From: the human T2T-CHM13v2.0 reference genome, Homo sapiens
Strand: one strand, 5' to 3'
Assembly (NCBI RefSeq): GCF_009914755.1
Contig: NC_060925.1
DNA length: 64,000 bases
Shown: in pieces, positions 46,715 through 62,843 of the stretch
Position numbering within the stretch: the stretch's first letter is position 1
How the letters are laid out: every line of letters starts with the position of its first letter
Translations under genes and position numbers: made by a program
The notes under the pieces: model-generated
The model's database searches: none
What the model was told of the DNA's origin: nothing
The model's input: the letters and a program-made list of their open reading frames with translations, nothing else

Positions 46715-47165
46715 TGTGGCATAGATTTCTAAGTGTCCCCTAATATCTGCCCTCACAAAACACCCCTGAATGTTAGCTCATCCCTTGGCTTTCCAGAAGC
46801 AGGATTATATGTGTCAGCCTCCCTTGCAGCTAGCTGCAGTATGTGACTAAGTTTTAGCCAGCAGGATGGACAGGAATGTGATAGTGCAACTTCTAGGATG
46901 TGTTCTAAAGGGGAGGGCAGATGTTCCTTCTTGCCCTTCCTCCATCCTCTGGCTGAGAAAGTGGGCTGGACTCTGTGGAAGAGAAACACACACTCCAGAA
47001 GCCCAAGCAGACAGTTGGAAGGGGTCCCAGGAGACCGGAGACCTCATACAAATCCAGGAGCTGCCTACGTCTTAACTTTCATGTAAGGGAGATACGAAGT
47101 TCTATCTTCATAAGCCACTGCTTTGGGAGCTCTGTTACATGCAGCCAAAACTACATCTACTGCAT
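46715..47165 (+). mobile_element. Old MaLR LTR (MLT1I/J-like)
   Basis: CAGCCTCCCTTGCAGCTAG...ATGTGACTAAGTTTTAGCCA, TAAGCCACTG...CTCTGTTACATGCAGCC. Confidence 0.75.
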
Positions 47166-47489
47166 AAAGATGTCACAGATTAGGAGCCTGAGCTGGGACT
47201 AAAACCCAGACCTACTAATACCACAACATTCAGAGTTCTTTCAATGACACCAGATAACCTTACCAAATGTTGTTGCCATATTTTTAAAAACTATTAATGA
47301 TGTCTTATTATTTTACTATAGTCCAATCAGACATCATTCTTTCTTACTTATATTTATGTTAATAAAGGAAAAAATGACCTCTCAGATGCAATGCACCTGC
47401 CCAAAAAGATCTTTCTCTTCCTCTAAATTTTCTATATGTATGGGCCACATCCTTTGTGTGTGTGTATGGAGGCAGGTGGGGACAGAAAG

Positions 47490-47720
47490 ACTCCAGAGGC
47501 AATAAAATGTGGACTGAGCCATCCATTGGAACAGGCCTGGGTTTGAATACCAGGTCTCCACATATGGCTGTTTAACTTCGCTAAACCTCTGTTTTCTAAG
47601 CATGAAAAAGAGAGCTTCATCCTTCCCTCACACTGTTGCTGCAGAAATTAAATGAGATAACATATTTGAAGAACCTAGTGTTATACCTGGAACATAAAAA
47701 CTGCTCGACAAATACAGCTC
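47490..47720 (+). mobile_element. MIR SINE
   Basis: CCTGGGTTTGAATACCAG, AAACCTCTGTTTTCT, ATTAAATGAGATAACAT. Confidence 0.75.
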
Positions 47721-47946
47721 TGCTTTCTATCGGGTCTTTATGTGTCTCTTCATTCAAGAATCATTTATAATGTCCTCACATATTATGAGTCAGGCACTAT
47801 GCCAAGCACTGCGGAAGGAAGGAAGTAAGTCAACAGGGTGGCTGCCCTCATGGGGCTTTGCCATAGATGGCAAACGAATAAAGCAGGAGCAGAGGGAAGG
47901 TAGTTTGAAAGAATCAGGTTTTCTTTTTATTTCTTCAATTTATTTT

Positions 47947-48244
<298 letters not shown>

Positions 48245-49667
48245 TCTTCAATTTATTTTTATGAGACCTTGCATGCTGATTGTAGAACTTTTTAGAAAAT
48301 ATAGATAAGCAAAAGTAGAAAATAAAAATTATTCCTCATCCCATTACTCAGCACCAACCAGTATTAATATTTTGGAGTATCTCCTTCTTCTCATTCTCTC
48401 CCTGTGAGATGTAGTCCTCTATTATAAACATACAGGTTATAGAAAATGTACAAAATACATTAAACATCTTTTTTTAAACTCCTTTTCTTAATTGAAATTT
48501 ATGAGAAAAACATTGTTATGTTGTTACTATTTCAACTGCTATGTTTATTCCCTTGCCTGGATGTGCCAGAATTTATTCAACAGTCCCTATGTTTGAAAAT
48601 TTATGTTTTCTATTAAAACTAACACTGCTGTAATGTCACCCTCTTACAGAGGCTTTCCCTAATGTTCCTAACTAAAATGGCTCCCACTCCCCACAATTGT
48701 TCACTGCTTCATTTTTCTTCGTTGAACTTATCATTTTAAAGTCTGCCACATGTGGATCAGTTTAGTGCCTATTCACCTCCAAGGCAAGGAACTCCACCTA
48801 GCCTTGAAGAGATGTTAGTAAATATTTGTCTAATAAATAAGTTAAAGAATAGATGTTGGAATGAACATTCTCAAAGAAAATTTTTATGCATATATAACCA
48901 CTTTCTTAAAACAAATTCATTACAGAAAATACTTCTGGGTTGAAGGGTATTAATAGTGTTAATATTAATTGTGTTCATATTAACCATGTTAATGTTTTGA
49001 TGTATGCTACCAAATTAGTGGACAAAAACGTTTTTACAATTTACTCTCCCCAAAAGAGGAAGGATTCGTTTCTTTGCATCCTCACCAGTATTTGACAGTA
49101 TTATTTTTAAAATGATAAAAGAAGTTTTACTATTCCTTTAATTTTCATCTATTTGACAGTTAATAAAATAAGCCACTTTCACATTTTCATTGCTCATTAA
49201 TATCTTAGAGAAGATGATTAAGGGAAAAGTTTGGACATAGTTACTTCTTTTCTCAGGCTTTATATGTGGCAAGTAGGTTCCATGGAGAAATAAAAATTGG
49301 CAGAAAGAATAATAATTGCAGCCAAGAATTTAGCTAAGTAGATTTACTGTTATAAAGAATTTGGAAGTGAAATCTACCAATAATAGTTATGCTAATAATG
49401 TATCTTAGCCTTTCTCTATCTATATCTTCATATTTATCTACCTCTATCTATCATATATCTGTATCTACATCTCTATTGATATGATTATGTCCGTGGCCTT
49501 TGCTTTCTGCCACTTTACTCCCCTTTTTCTTTTAAGATCTCCCTTTCTTACTTCGCATTTTGTCTTGTTTTTTCACTTTTTGTTTGTTTTAGTGTAAGTG
49601 TAATTGGCAATAAGATGGGCTACACAGGGGATGAACTACGAAGGCTTATGATCTCTTTTTAAGGAAG

Positions 49668-50203
49668 TGTTCCAGTTACCCATAGCTGTCGAACAAACCA
49701 CCCCAAAACTTGGTGGCATAAAGCAAACTATTTTGTTGTGCTCATGGATTGTGCAGGCAGGAATTTGGCAGGGCCCAGGAGGGATGGCTTATATTTGCTT
49801 AAACATGTCTATTTCCTCCACTTGGGAAGACTTAAGTTGCTGGGAGTGACTGGAATAGCTAACTACAGGAATCATCTACAGGCCTTTTCACTCACATGTC
49901 CAGAACCTTGGCTGGAATGACCAAACGGGGGCTCAACTGGGATGGCTGACCACAGTGCTTACCTGGGGCCTCTCAATATAGCTTGGACTTCCTTGCAGCC
50001 TGGCGGACACAGGGTCGTCATACTTATAGTGTGGCTCAGAACTCCAAGAATAATGGTTCAGATGCCGCACAGTCTTTTATGATCAAGCCTTGGATGTCAC
50101 ATAGTGTAGCTTTTGTCATAGTACATTGGTCAAAGCAGTCATAGGGCCAGCCAGTTTCAAGGGATGGGGATCAAGAATCTGTGGCCATGTTTAAAAACCA
50201 CTG
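49668..50203 (-). mobile_element. MaLR LTR (MLT1H-like)
   Basis: AACAAACCACCCCAAAACTTGGTGGC...GGTCAAAGCAGTCA...TGTGGCCATGTTTAAAAACCAC. Confidence 0.8.
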
Positions 50204-52637
50204 TGCTAAAAAAACAAACTCATGCATCTTGGGACACTTCTAGGTGCATACCAGCTTTTGGAAAATACAGTTTATTTGGTTACACATTTGGTTATTACAG
50301 TTTATTTAGAAAACACAGTTTATTTGGTTAAACCGCTTAAACATGTATTTCTGATAATCAACTGTCCAACACTGTTCTATGCACAGTATCCGTAGACAAG
50401 AATAAATGACCATCCCTGCTAGCAAGACATTTGCTAGGATACGGAAAATAATTTGCTAAGATACAGACAAGTACCTGAAACAATGGGAGTGCAATTAAGT
50501 GCCGAACTGTGATAACTGATCAAAGATGCAACAGAAATTCATAAAAGCAAGAAAGATGTGACGGTTGGTACAGTTGCAGTCAGTAACTAAGGCACTACAG
50601 CAGGGCTTTGATGTGTGGGTGGGACTTGGAATCAAACTCCTGCCGTGAGCAGGTTGGGGAAGGGAAGAAGAGAAGAAGGAGCAAAGGTACAGAGCCCAGG
50701 AGCCTAAAACATCCAAAATTGAGGGAGACAGGATGTAGTCCGTAATAAGGTGGACTATGAAAAGAAAGGATGGTCTGCTAGCAAGACTCCATTCAGGAGA
50801 GGACCACTGTAGAATGTTGATCAAGGAAGCTATGCTTAGGAATAACTAAATGTCGGGGCTTCACAGGTGACATAGAGGGAAGATGAAAGGTTAGGGACAG
50901 CAACTAGAAGCCATATCCACATACCACCTAGAGTAGTATCATTTAACGTTTTTCTTTAAGTCAACTCATTTTTTTTAACTTAAGTACCTTTTCATAAAAA
51001 GGAAAATAAATTTTGTGTCAGTCCTCTACATGGAACATTAGTATGAGTAGGTATGTCACCCACCTCTCTCTCTGTCTGTCTGTCTCTCTGAAGTTAATGG
51101 TAGACAGTAGACAGTTGTTAAAGACTCACTAGCACTGAACTGAGCTTTCCCATTCATTAAATAGGCAGGATTACTAGAGAACTGAAGCAGGAATCCCTTC
51201 CTCATTAAAGAATCCAAAATTATGCCATAGCATGTCTGTACCTCCTAAATTCTCTCTCATCACCAGTGCTTTAAGAAATCCCAGACCAACAAATCTGAGC
51301 AGAAAGCGAAGCAGCTGGACTGGAGCATGTCTGAGTACAGGACACACTTCTCCTCTGTAATAATGAAAATTACAGAAATATAATAAATCATAATCATTCA
51401 TATTATTAATCCACTAACTCTCGTATGACCTTCACCCTCCTCCTTCCTTAGCTTTGCCAGATTTGTAGTTCTGTCCACTTTGGGGCAGGCATCTGCCTGT
51501 TTCATTGACATGAGCACTGTAAATTCTCAATGATCAATGCTCATAAAGAAACGGAATGAAAACTAAACCTATTTACATTTGTTTTGGAACCAAGCACCTC
51601 TCATTGGAATTCATAGACATAAAAGACTCAGGAATAAAGCATGGAAAAATCCAAAGAGAATGTTTTGTAAGCTTTACAATGCATTCTATGGCTGGAAAAA
51701 AATAGATTTAAAAGACATACTTTCCTAATTCTTATTTGTTCAATCTAAAATTAAGATATATTAATATTCCATTATATATATATATATATATACACTACAT
51801 CATGCTGTACCTTAAATATAAATAATAACATTTATTTTTTGATGATATATTAACTTGGGGTATATTCTGTCTGTGTATATTTTCATATAAGTTAATATCT
51901 GTTAATTGGCTGAACAAATGACTTGACTTAATAACATATATTGACTTGTATGAAAATATCATTCAAGGAGAGGGACAGAACAGAAACCTGAGAATAGCTG
52001 GAGATGCTAAGACACAGTTTCTTGTTAATCTTATCTACTCTTAGGACTGCAGCGACCACCTACATACTAAGGATTCCCAAGTCTATGTCTGCAACCCAAC
52101 CCAGCTGTCCTCCTGAATTTCAGACACACATCTAACTCTTGTTAGACCTCTCCACTGCAATGTCTCTCAAGAACCTCAAACTTAACATATTTAAAACATA
52201 AGTCATCACCGTGCCCCTCAAACTCTGTGCTTGCCCCTAGATTTACAATGTCGATGGCCACCGTCTAGGAGCTTACCCAAGAGGAAACTGAGTGATCCAG
52301 CCTTAGTCCTCTTGATCACTTCCCATATCTAATTAGTAGCCAAGCACGCATACTGCCCTTTAAAGGAATTCATGTAACACTTGTTTTTAGTAGACTCTTG
52401 TTTATTCAGAATAGTAACAGGAGAGAATTATATAATCACCTATCTATTCTGATTAACAGTTACCAAGAGTGCTAATTTTCACATAATTACAGTATAACAA
52501 AACATGCAACACTGTTAAATAAAAGATACCTTTTCTTGCATTTTTTCAAATCATTTAACAAAAGTCTCAGGGAAATTACAACTAATCAATTACATAATAT
52601 TTACATGTTTATGGGTGCTTACGCAAGTGCATGGGCA

Positions 52638-52690
52638 TGTATGTGTGTATGTGCGTGTGTGTGTGTATGTGCGTGTGTGTGTGTGTGCGT
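52638..52690. repeat. (TG)n microsatellite
   Basis: Directly visible. Confidence 0.9.
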
Positions 52691-52717
52691 ATCTCCTGAC
52701 TTCTGCAAATAAATTTA

Positions 52718-53104
<387 letters not shown>

Positions 53105-53105
53105 C

Positions 53106-53507
53106 TAATATGGTTTGGATCTGTGTCCTGACTAAATCTCATAGAAATGTCACCCCAGTGTTGGAGGTGGGGCCTGGTGGGAGGTGTCAGGATCACGGGC
53201 ACAGATCCTTCATGAATGGCTCAGTGCCATCCCACTGGTGATGAGTGAGATCACGCGAGATCTGGTTGTTTAAAAGGATGTGGCCCCTCCCATTCACTCT
53301 AGCTGCTGCTCCTGCCAGGCGTCGTCCTGCTTCTGCTTTGCCTTCCACCATGAGTAAAAGCTCCCTGAGGCCTCCTCAGAAGCCGAGCAGATGCCAGTGC
53401 CATGTTTGTACAGCTTGCAGAACCATGAGCCAATTAAAACTCTTTTCTTTGTAAATGACCAAATCTCATTTATTTCTTTATAGCAATGCAAAAATGATCT
53501 AACAACA
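53106..53507 (+). mobile_element. MaLR solo LTR (MSTB-like)
   Basis: ATATGGTTTGGATCTGTGTCC, GGAGGTGGGGCCTGGTGGGAGGTG, GCAGAACCATGAGCCAATTAAA. Confidence 0.9.
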
Positions 53508-54005
53508 CCCCTCCACTTCCTTGAAGCACAGGGCTTCCAATTTTGATAAGTTATAAGCAGACCTGTGCTTCAAGGAAGTCCAGATGCCCTCCACCTCACA
53601 ATGGGAAGTCTTCCGTTTCCCTTGCCAGCAACTGGTTTAGGAATAGCCGTATGGAACTCTTTGGCCAATGATGGTGAGTGCAATGGGAAAGAGGCCTTAA
53701 GAAGCATTTCACTGCTCTTAAAAAGGGACATAAGGTCAAGTGCTCTCTTTTGGCCTTTGAATTTTTTTTTTAAATGAGGATATGATGTCGGGAGCCGTTG
53801 ATGGCATTTTAACACCTGAAACAGACTCTAGAGCCTGCTGATGCGGAGCAGAAAGGTGGGAAGAACCCTGACGATGCTGTTAAGCTGCTGAATTAACAAC
53901 TCTTCACATTTTTTATGTGGGATAAAAGATTGCTTTACTATTTAAGACATTCTGCCTTGGGTATTCTCTTAGTTAATGCTGAACTTATCACAAGTGACAC
54001 AGACT
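53508..54005 (+). mobile_element. Old MaLR LTR (MLT1K/L-like)
   Basis: TGGTTTAGGAATAGCC, TGGCCAATGA, GCAGAAAGGTGGGAAGAACC, AGCTGCTGAATTAAC. Confidence 0.6.
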
Positions 54006-54855
54006 AACCAAATATGGGTGTCTTCTAGTTTGTATTTTGTTTTGTTGTTATATTACAAAACACATGCCTGTCATTTCTTCTCTCATAAAAAAAAATGTAC
54101 CTACCAGAAATAATTTTATCTATTTTAGCTCTTTGGGATATAGAATAAACGAAGTTCGATGCACCAATGAAGGGAGGGGAGGAAGGTCCAACTGACTGAA
54201 ACAAAAAGTTCAAAGGAACCCAAAATGTGTTGTTTTCATCATTCTGGTCCTTAGAGTTTTGTCAAAAGCAGCTAGCTGATGTGTCTTCAAATGATTCAGT
54301 CCTGGGGCTTTCTTAAGTAAAAAATAGACTAATATGAGCATCAACTACTATCATTCAAGGCCCCATTAGACTACAACATGCATGAGATTTCAACCTCTAG
54401 GGCTCTGCAATCCATAGGGCCCACTTAGGAGTCATCATCCTTGAATAAAGCCAAGAAGGTTACTCAATTCATTTTCATACTAAACAAATTGAATCTTTAA
54501 TCACAGGGCAATTATCAGCAAGCTGTTCTTTTGCAATTACTGCCTCCATCCATGAAAGCATTTTTTAACTGTGATATCTAAAAATAAATTCTAAAGTCTC
54601 CCCCAGAAGAAACTTATAGCTTACATTTACTTTGTAGCATATATTTTATTTGTCTCCACTTCAGCAACTTGTTTCTCTAAAAAATCCATTTTGAATATTT
54701 AGGGAAAAGGTGTTTTCTGCCTCGGTGAAACATGATTTTCCCAAATATTTTTTTTTAAAAAAACTAATTTTTCTTATTATTCTGAATTTCCAAAATTTTC
54801 TTGCACATCATAACTCTGCTGAAATGCTGAGTAATTTATATGATTTAAAACTGGG

Positions 54856-55160
54856 GGCTGAGTGCAGTGGCTCACACCTGCAATTCCAGTACTTTGGGAG
54901 GCCAGGGCAGGAGGATTGCTTGAGCCCAGGAATTTGAGACCAGCCTGGACAACACAGTGATACTCCATCTCTAAAAAGATTAGCATAAATTAGCCAGGCA
55001 TCATGGCATGTGCCTGTAGTCCTAGCTACTCAGGAGGCTGAGGTGGGAGGATCACTTGAGCCCAGGACGTGGAGGCTGCACTGAGCAGTGACCATGCCAC
55101 TCCACTCCAGCCTCAGTGACAAAGTGAGACACTGTCTCAAAAAATTTTTTAAAAATAAAA
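54856..55160 (+). mobile_element. AluJ SINE
   Basis: GGAGGATTGCTTGAGCCCAGG and GTGGGAGGATCACTTGAGCCC (J-type). Confidence 0.93.
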
Positions 55161-55350
55161 TTTGGAACATTAACAATAATATGAAATTATACTGGTGGTT
55201 TGAAGCTGTTCCCCCTAAAAAACTGTCAAGTGAATCACCACTTTTTATTCTGTTTTAAAGAGGACACAGCAATGAGGAAATGGGTTTATTTGTAACAGGA
55301 AGGTTTAATTAGACCCCAAGAGTAGATTTCTGAACAAGGATGAGTTTCCC

Positions 55351-55488
55351 TTTTCTTATTAAATATTGACAAATTGTAATTGTACATATTTATGGAGTGT
55401 ACCCCCATGTTTATTGCAGCATTATTCACAATAGCCAAGTTCTGGAATCAACCTAAGTGTCCATCAACTGATGAACAGATGAAGAAAA
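55351..55488 (-). mobile_element. Tiny inverted (twin-primed) L1MA insertion
   Basis: Antisense L1MA 3' end (ATTGACAAATTGTAATTGTACATATTTATGG) joined to a sense piece (CCCATGTTTATTGCAGCATTATTCAC); degenerate TSD AAGGATG..TTTC.C. Confidence 0.7.
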
Positions 55489-58026
55489 TAAGGATGCATT
55501 TCTCAGGGAGGCTGTGATGGGCACATTTTCTTCATGTGATTATGATTTTATTGTATTCCACAGACATCATGGCAAGGTTCTGCAACGTCATCTCATGGGA
55601 GTTTAAGGTTCCATGTGATGGACCAGAGAAAGGGAGACCTACCCTCTGAGCTGTGCGTTAAAAATAGCATCATTGGTCCTCAGGATGAAAGACAACGGCA
55701 GACCTCAAGTTGCCCGAGGAGCTCAGAGGTGAGGGGCATGGGTATTCTCACTGCAGTTATACTGCAATCATGTCCACATCCACAGACCAACCAGCCTGCT
55801 GGGGAATCATTACCTCCTTCACCCACTGCCACCTGCACCTCTAAGCAGAATTATGGTGTAATAAAAGCAGTGCAAGCACAAGTGTAGGAGTTGAAAATGA
55901 AAAGTATTAAAGAGACTTGAATAAAAACCAGTAAGTGAAAAACAAATATATAGCACTTGCTGCAGACTGTATAAAAGCTCCCATTTTTGTCTTAAAAACT
56001 TATGAGAAATGGTGTTACCAGTCATATAAAAGTACTAAGAGTTCTGATACATGTTAGACCCATTTGCCAAACAACCAGTAAGTGACAGGCATCTACATAG
56101 AGAATTTTAACACTGGGGGAACCTCGAGAGGTTCAACGCTTCCTTTGGCAAGTTAGTAATGATGGTTACTCCTTGCTGCATGGATGATGAACCAATTGAA
56201 AATAAGAGGGAAGGTATATACATCTTAGTGATCTATATCTAGGAAATTAAACTTAAGTTACATATTATCTGTTCTCTAGTTGGAGGCGCCTGGGTGTAAG
56301 GACAATTGGGCTGTGATACTCTCACTTTACTAAGGCATCCACGTTTGCTATTTAGTTCAAGGAAGAAGATGAACTTCCCAGACAGAGATATGAGCAGCTC
56401 AGGATTGAGCCCAGGCCGACTCTGTTGAAACTATACATACTAGAGAAGGGTTAAGGACTGCAGCGTGAGGAATAATGAGCTTCCTAGGAAAAAAAATGCA
56501 TTCATGCATTCTAAATGGAAGAATAGGAAATCAGGATGTAACCCAGGCACTGGTAGAGAGGGGCAACAGTGAGAAAGACACATTTCTTCTCTCTCAATTC
56601 CACCATAAAGCTTTGCCTCCATAAAGGAATAGGCCCTAGGAAAAGAAAAGGGGCCCAGGAACAGTAAAGCTCATCTCCACAGAAAAACCTCAAGTCGCTG
56701 GAAACATAAGCAGAGCTACTTTGAAACCAAGAGGTCAGTGTGGAGCGAAATACTGGACGGGAAAAGATTCTTCCCAGTCCAGTAAAGTGGCGTAGTGCAC
56801 TGGCATGGTTCAGCTTCCAAGCGGATGTGCGGGAGCTCAGGCAATGCCAGCCTCTGCACCAGTCCCAGATTCAGCATCTGCAAGTGACTATGAGAGCAAT
56901 AGGACAGCAACGCGGTACTAACGGTGATCACAGCGGGAGCCACCACCACCGTCCTCAGTAGCAGCACGTGTCATGCCAAGGGTGAGAGGTGGCCCAGGCG
57001 GCAGGAAGTGGTATCCTTGGCAAGAGTACCATTTCCCAGTTATATAAGGGTCTATCTCTGGACTTTATCCAGTCAGGTAAGCTACTTAGAAGAGTAATCT
57101 TTAGCAAAACTAATGCCTAGAAATTCTTTTGATCCCTGATCACCACAAATTTTAAAACACACACATGAAAAAAATGTTTCTGATTAAGAAAAGCTGTAAA
57201 AACAGCAGGCCTTTGGCATTTGGGGATTTAATGTATTTGGTCTAAATTTTTTACCAGCAACCCTGAAATTCAATCTCATATGGTACTTCATAAACTTTTG
57301 AGACACAAATCTGAACCATGGATGTTGTGCAGAAGTGACTGAGGCCAGGAGGTCATTCAAGCCTCTACATTTCAATAGAGCTTTGCTGAAACCCCCAATT
57401 CTTCTTAGGAAGGTGCTGCACTGGAAAGGACCTTCCTTGTTATAATGATGGTCCTTTTACTATAGCAATAGTGACAGTGAATAAAATGTTAAATTATCCA
57501 TGTGGTTAACTATACCTTATTGGTGACTGCCCTGAGCTATAGAATTAAATGTTAATGAATGGATAAATCAATCGACCAAATATCCTACTCAAACTGGACA
57601 GCTAATCTTGAAATTACAGCTGGCAAAGATTGTATTAAGTTTATTTCTTCTTCGAACAGGTCCATTGGCTAAAACAACACAGTTCCAAATGCAACTAGAA
57701 ATCTACTCTGTTCATATCGGGAAGGAAATGTTTTCCTAGATAAATAGCCCAAATAACAGCTCAACAATTTATCTTAAAGCCCATTTATCTTGCTGTGTTT
57801 TAGTGTGGAAATAAGCAAGCCTGAGATTCAGAATAGGTGCGAGGCTAGATACTGGCCTACTTACTTTAGTGGTAATTACATTTAATAAATGGTTGTAGGA
57901 CTTATTATTCTCTCTCCACGGATGATATTAAGTTTGCCTTTTAAGTCGTTTTCTCAGTAAAGACTTTTTTAATCTGTTTTTTTTTTTTCCAATGCCGACC
58001 AGCAATTCTATTCAAATAGCTTTTCA

Positions 58027-58399
<373 letters not shown>

Positions 58400-58780
58400 C
58401 TATATCATTTCCAACTCCTAATCAGAAGCCCAAAGACTCTTTCAGGGTTGCCATATTGAGGAGCTCTTCACCACGCTCTGTACTTCCGACAAGCACATCC
58501 TCCCATTCTTAAAAACAGGAAAGAAATAAAAGAGTACACTAAGGTCAGTACATTCACCATTCCCAGTAGCTCATCTCTGTCTGCAAATCTTTTTGCCTGA
58601 ATATGTTTTCCTCAACGCTCACATTTTGCCTGGACATATCAACTTCTTTCCTTCATCTCGATACCAATCCTGTGACGGTTATTCTAAACCCAATACAAAA
58701 GTCAAGTAAAGTGAGATATCCAAATAGAAAAAAAAAGTAGCCTAATAAAATAATAAGACAACTATCTAAAAGCCATAGAG

Positions 58781-59516
<736 letters not shown>

Positions 59517-60545
59517 TTACACTTAGAGGACATGAGGCCTTCTAATTCATCTTGTTTTTTGTTAAAGAAAATGGGCAGAGAGATAGTAAAGCTCTCCTTT
59601 TCATAAACCACCTTCAACAAAGCTCTGGGGATTGTTGTCTTCTTATTACCTCATTTTGTAACATTCCCTAGAGTGAAGAAAAGCCACAACGATGATGATA
59701 ATTAATTTCATTTTTTGGCTTATAGGATACACTTATGAATAAGCCACCAATACGCCAACACTCTTGGTGTGACCAGGAAGTCAGGAGGATGAGAAGACAG
59801 GAATTACTCGGCGGCTTATTGGGAGCAGCACCACGAGCAGGCTGATCAGTGTGGAGAAAAAGCATCTTGAAATGAGAGCTAGGGACTCCAGAGATAAATG
59901 TACATTCTTCACACTTTCACACTCCTGAAACGCCCCACCCAAAGTTAGCATCAGCCTTGGAGCACTGGATTTTTGAAGCATTTCAATGCCTATCCCACCA
60001 TACTTCCTTCTCTTCTTATCCATCTTTTCTTCGTTCTCATTGGAGATGTTTTATTAGTATGAATGAATGGGCTGGTGTTGGAAAGTTCCAAGTCAGTTTT
60101 TGAAGGAGATTTGAATCTCAGATAATAGTGTCTTGGCTCATGATGGCTGACTATAGAAGACCCCTTTCCCGCACGCAGGCCAAATATTCTAAGCACATAC
60201 ACACACACACACAAAAAAAGGTCGGAAAATAATGCCAAATGGGGAACCACGGAATACGAATGGAATTATGACTGCCAAGTGCAGAACATGATTCTCCAAC
60301 AACAGACCACTCATGCTGGAAAGAAAAGAATAACAATATCTGTATGTACAAAGAAAGTGTCTGTACACACATGCATGCACACACATACACACACACTATA
60401 TTAGGATACTACATAAAGTCACTGTACCACTTAGCTTGCTCTGTCATTTGCTTAGTAGAAGACGTCTCTCCATCATCTGAATGAGAGTTTACAGGCCAGG
60501 GTTATAATTAAGGATATTTCAAGAGTTTTATAAAAAGTTCAAATG

Positions 60546-60841
<296 letters not shown>

Positions 60842-61059
60842 TCAAATGAAGATGTTTCATCTTTACAAAAACATCTGTATTGAGATTTTACCAGATATAT
60901 TAAATGACTATGTATTTCTGTTATTGGAGCCTTTTAAGAGTGGACCCTGTGGGGGCTGAAAATGTAATATCATTTGTAATATACTTATGAGAAAATATCT
61001 TTAAGATGTTAGGAAGGGGCAGAACATGAGGTAAACCTGGACTATTCTGTAGTACCACA

Positions 61060-61920
61060 GCATAAGGAAGTTCCCCCAAATAAAAGGATGTGGACATGTC
61101 CAAGCGACACAGGGGCTCACCTAAAGGAGCTTCTCATGACCAAAGCAGGAACAACTTAAAGAATCATAAAAGTACCATCGAACTGGATTTTACCCACAAC
61201 ATAAGATAAATATCCCAGGGGTCTACGGATATAAATAAAGGTTTGAATAAATAAGATATTGAGGGAAAATAGACTAATCTTCCTTACAAAAAATTACAAA
61301 GAATAAATGCAATCACTCCCTAGCCCAGGAGTTGCTGAATGTGGGGATGTGGGACTTCATGTCTAGCTTCAAAAAATTAGAGTGTAGAGAGGGAAAAATA
61401 GTAACTTTATAGTGAGAAACACGGCGAACACTACTTTCACCAAACAATAAAGATGAGCATCATCGATCATGTCATGTAAATAGCATGTATGCCATGATAT
61501 GATGTGACAAGAAGTGCACTTGACCTCTGTGGTACTCCATCCTAAAGCCCATAATCCCAGTCTAATGATGAAAAAAAAAAATCAGACATGCACAAAATGA
61601 GGGACATTCTATAAAAGACCTGATCTGTATGCCTTTAAACCGTCAAGGTGGTGAAAAATAAGGAAAGCTTGAGAAACTGTCATGGACAAGAGGTGACCAG
61701 GGACACACAGCAACTAAATGCAATGTGGTATCTTGGATGAGATCCTGGAACAGAAAAGGGACATTAATTTAAAAACTAGTGAAATTCAAATAAAGTGTGG
61801 AGTTGAGGTGTTAACACATTAGGGGAAATGAAAATCAGGAAAAAGGTGTATAGGAGATGCTTGTACTATGTTTGCAAATTTCCTGTAGATCTAAAGGTAT
61901 TCCAAATTAAAGTTTTTTTA
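61060..61920 (+). mobile_element. L1MD/L1MC3-type 3' fragment
   Basis: GGGAAAAATAGTAACTTTATAGTG, CTAAATGCAATGTGGTATCTTGGAT...GGAACAGAAAAGGGACATT. Confidence 0.8.
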
Positions 61921-62111
61921 ATAGAAAGATACATTGGGAATCTCATAGGCAGACTCTTAGCAATGTGTGCACATGTCACGGACATATCGTGGGTTGAAGT
62001 GATAGGATTTCAGGGAATGGAAAACTTAGGAATCAGTTGAGTCAGAAAGTCAGAGTAGAAGATTCTTAATAATCAAGGCTGGCCGGCCTTTAAGAGTATT
62101 TTGGTGGGTTT

Positions 62112-62414
<303 letters not shown>

Positions 62415-62843
62415 TAGTATTTTGGTGGGTTTGACACATTCCCTGCTGCAGAGTGTCTTACCGTCTCTGATCAAGTGCACTCAGCCACAGCAGGGCAGAA
62501 GCTAAATAATGAGCTAGCAGATTCAGGCAAGGCAACAAGCTAGAACAATGTACTCAGGAAAAATTTAAAAAGTTAATGTTCTCCTCCAGACTAATGAAAA
62601 TGGAGACATATGGAAGTTGAAACTCCCAAAACAGTCTACCATAAACAATAACACTGGATATTGACATAGATCACTAAAGTGACTCCATTTCCCAAGTCTC
62701 AGGAGAAAATCAATGAAATCTCAACCTGTGGGATGGTTCAGATGCAGCCTTGTATATTACCTTCTTCATCTGACAATTACAACTGTGTGAATGCCTAATC
62801 AGTAGTTTCTCATGCAAACCTGAGGTTTCTTTCCACTGAATTC

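Noticed and set aside
50261-50330. CRISPR-like repeat-spacer array
   Set aside because: Eukaryotic DNA, only two full repeats, and the spacer is built from repeat fragments
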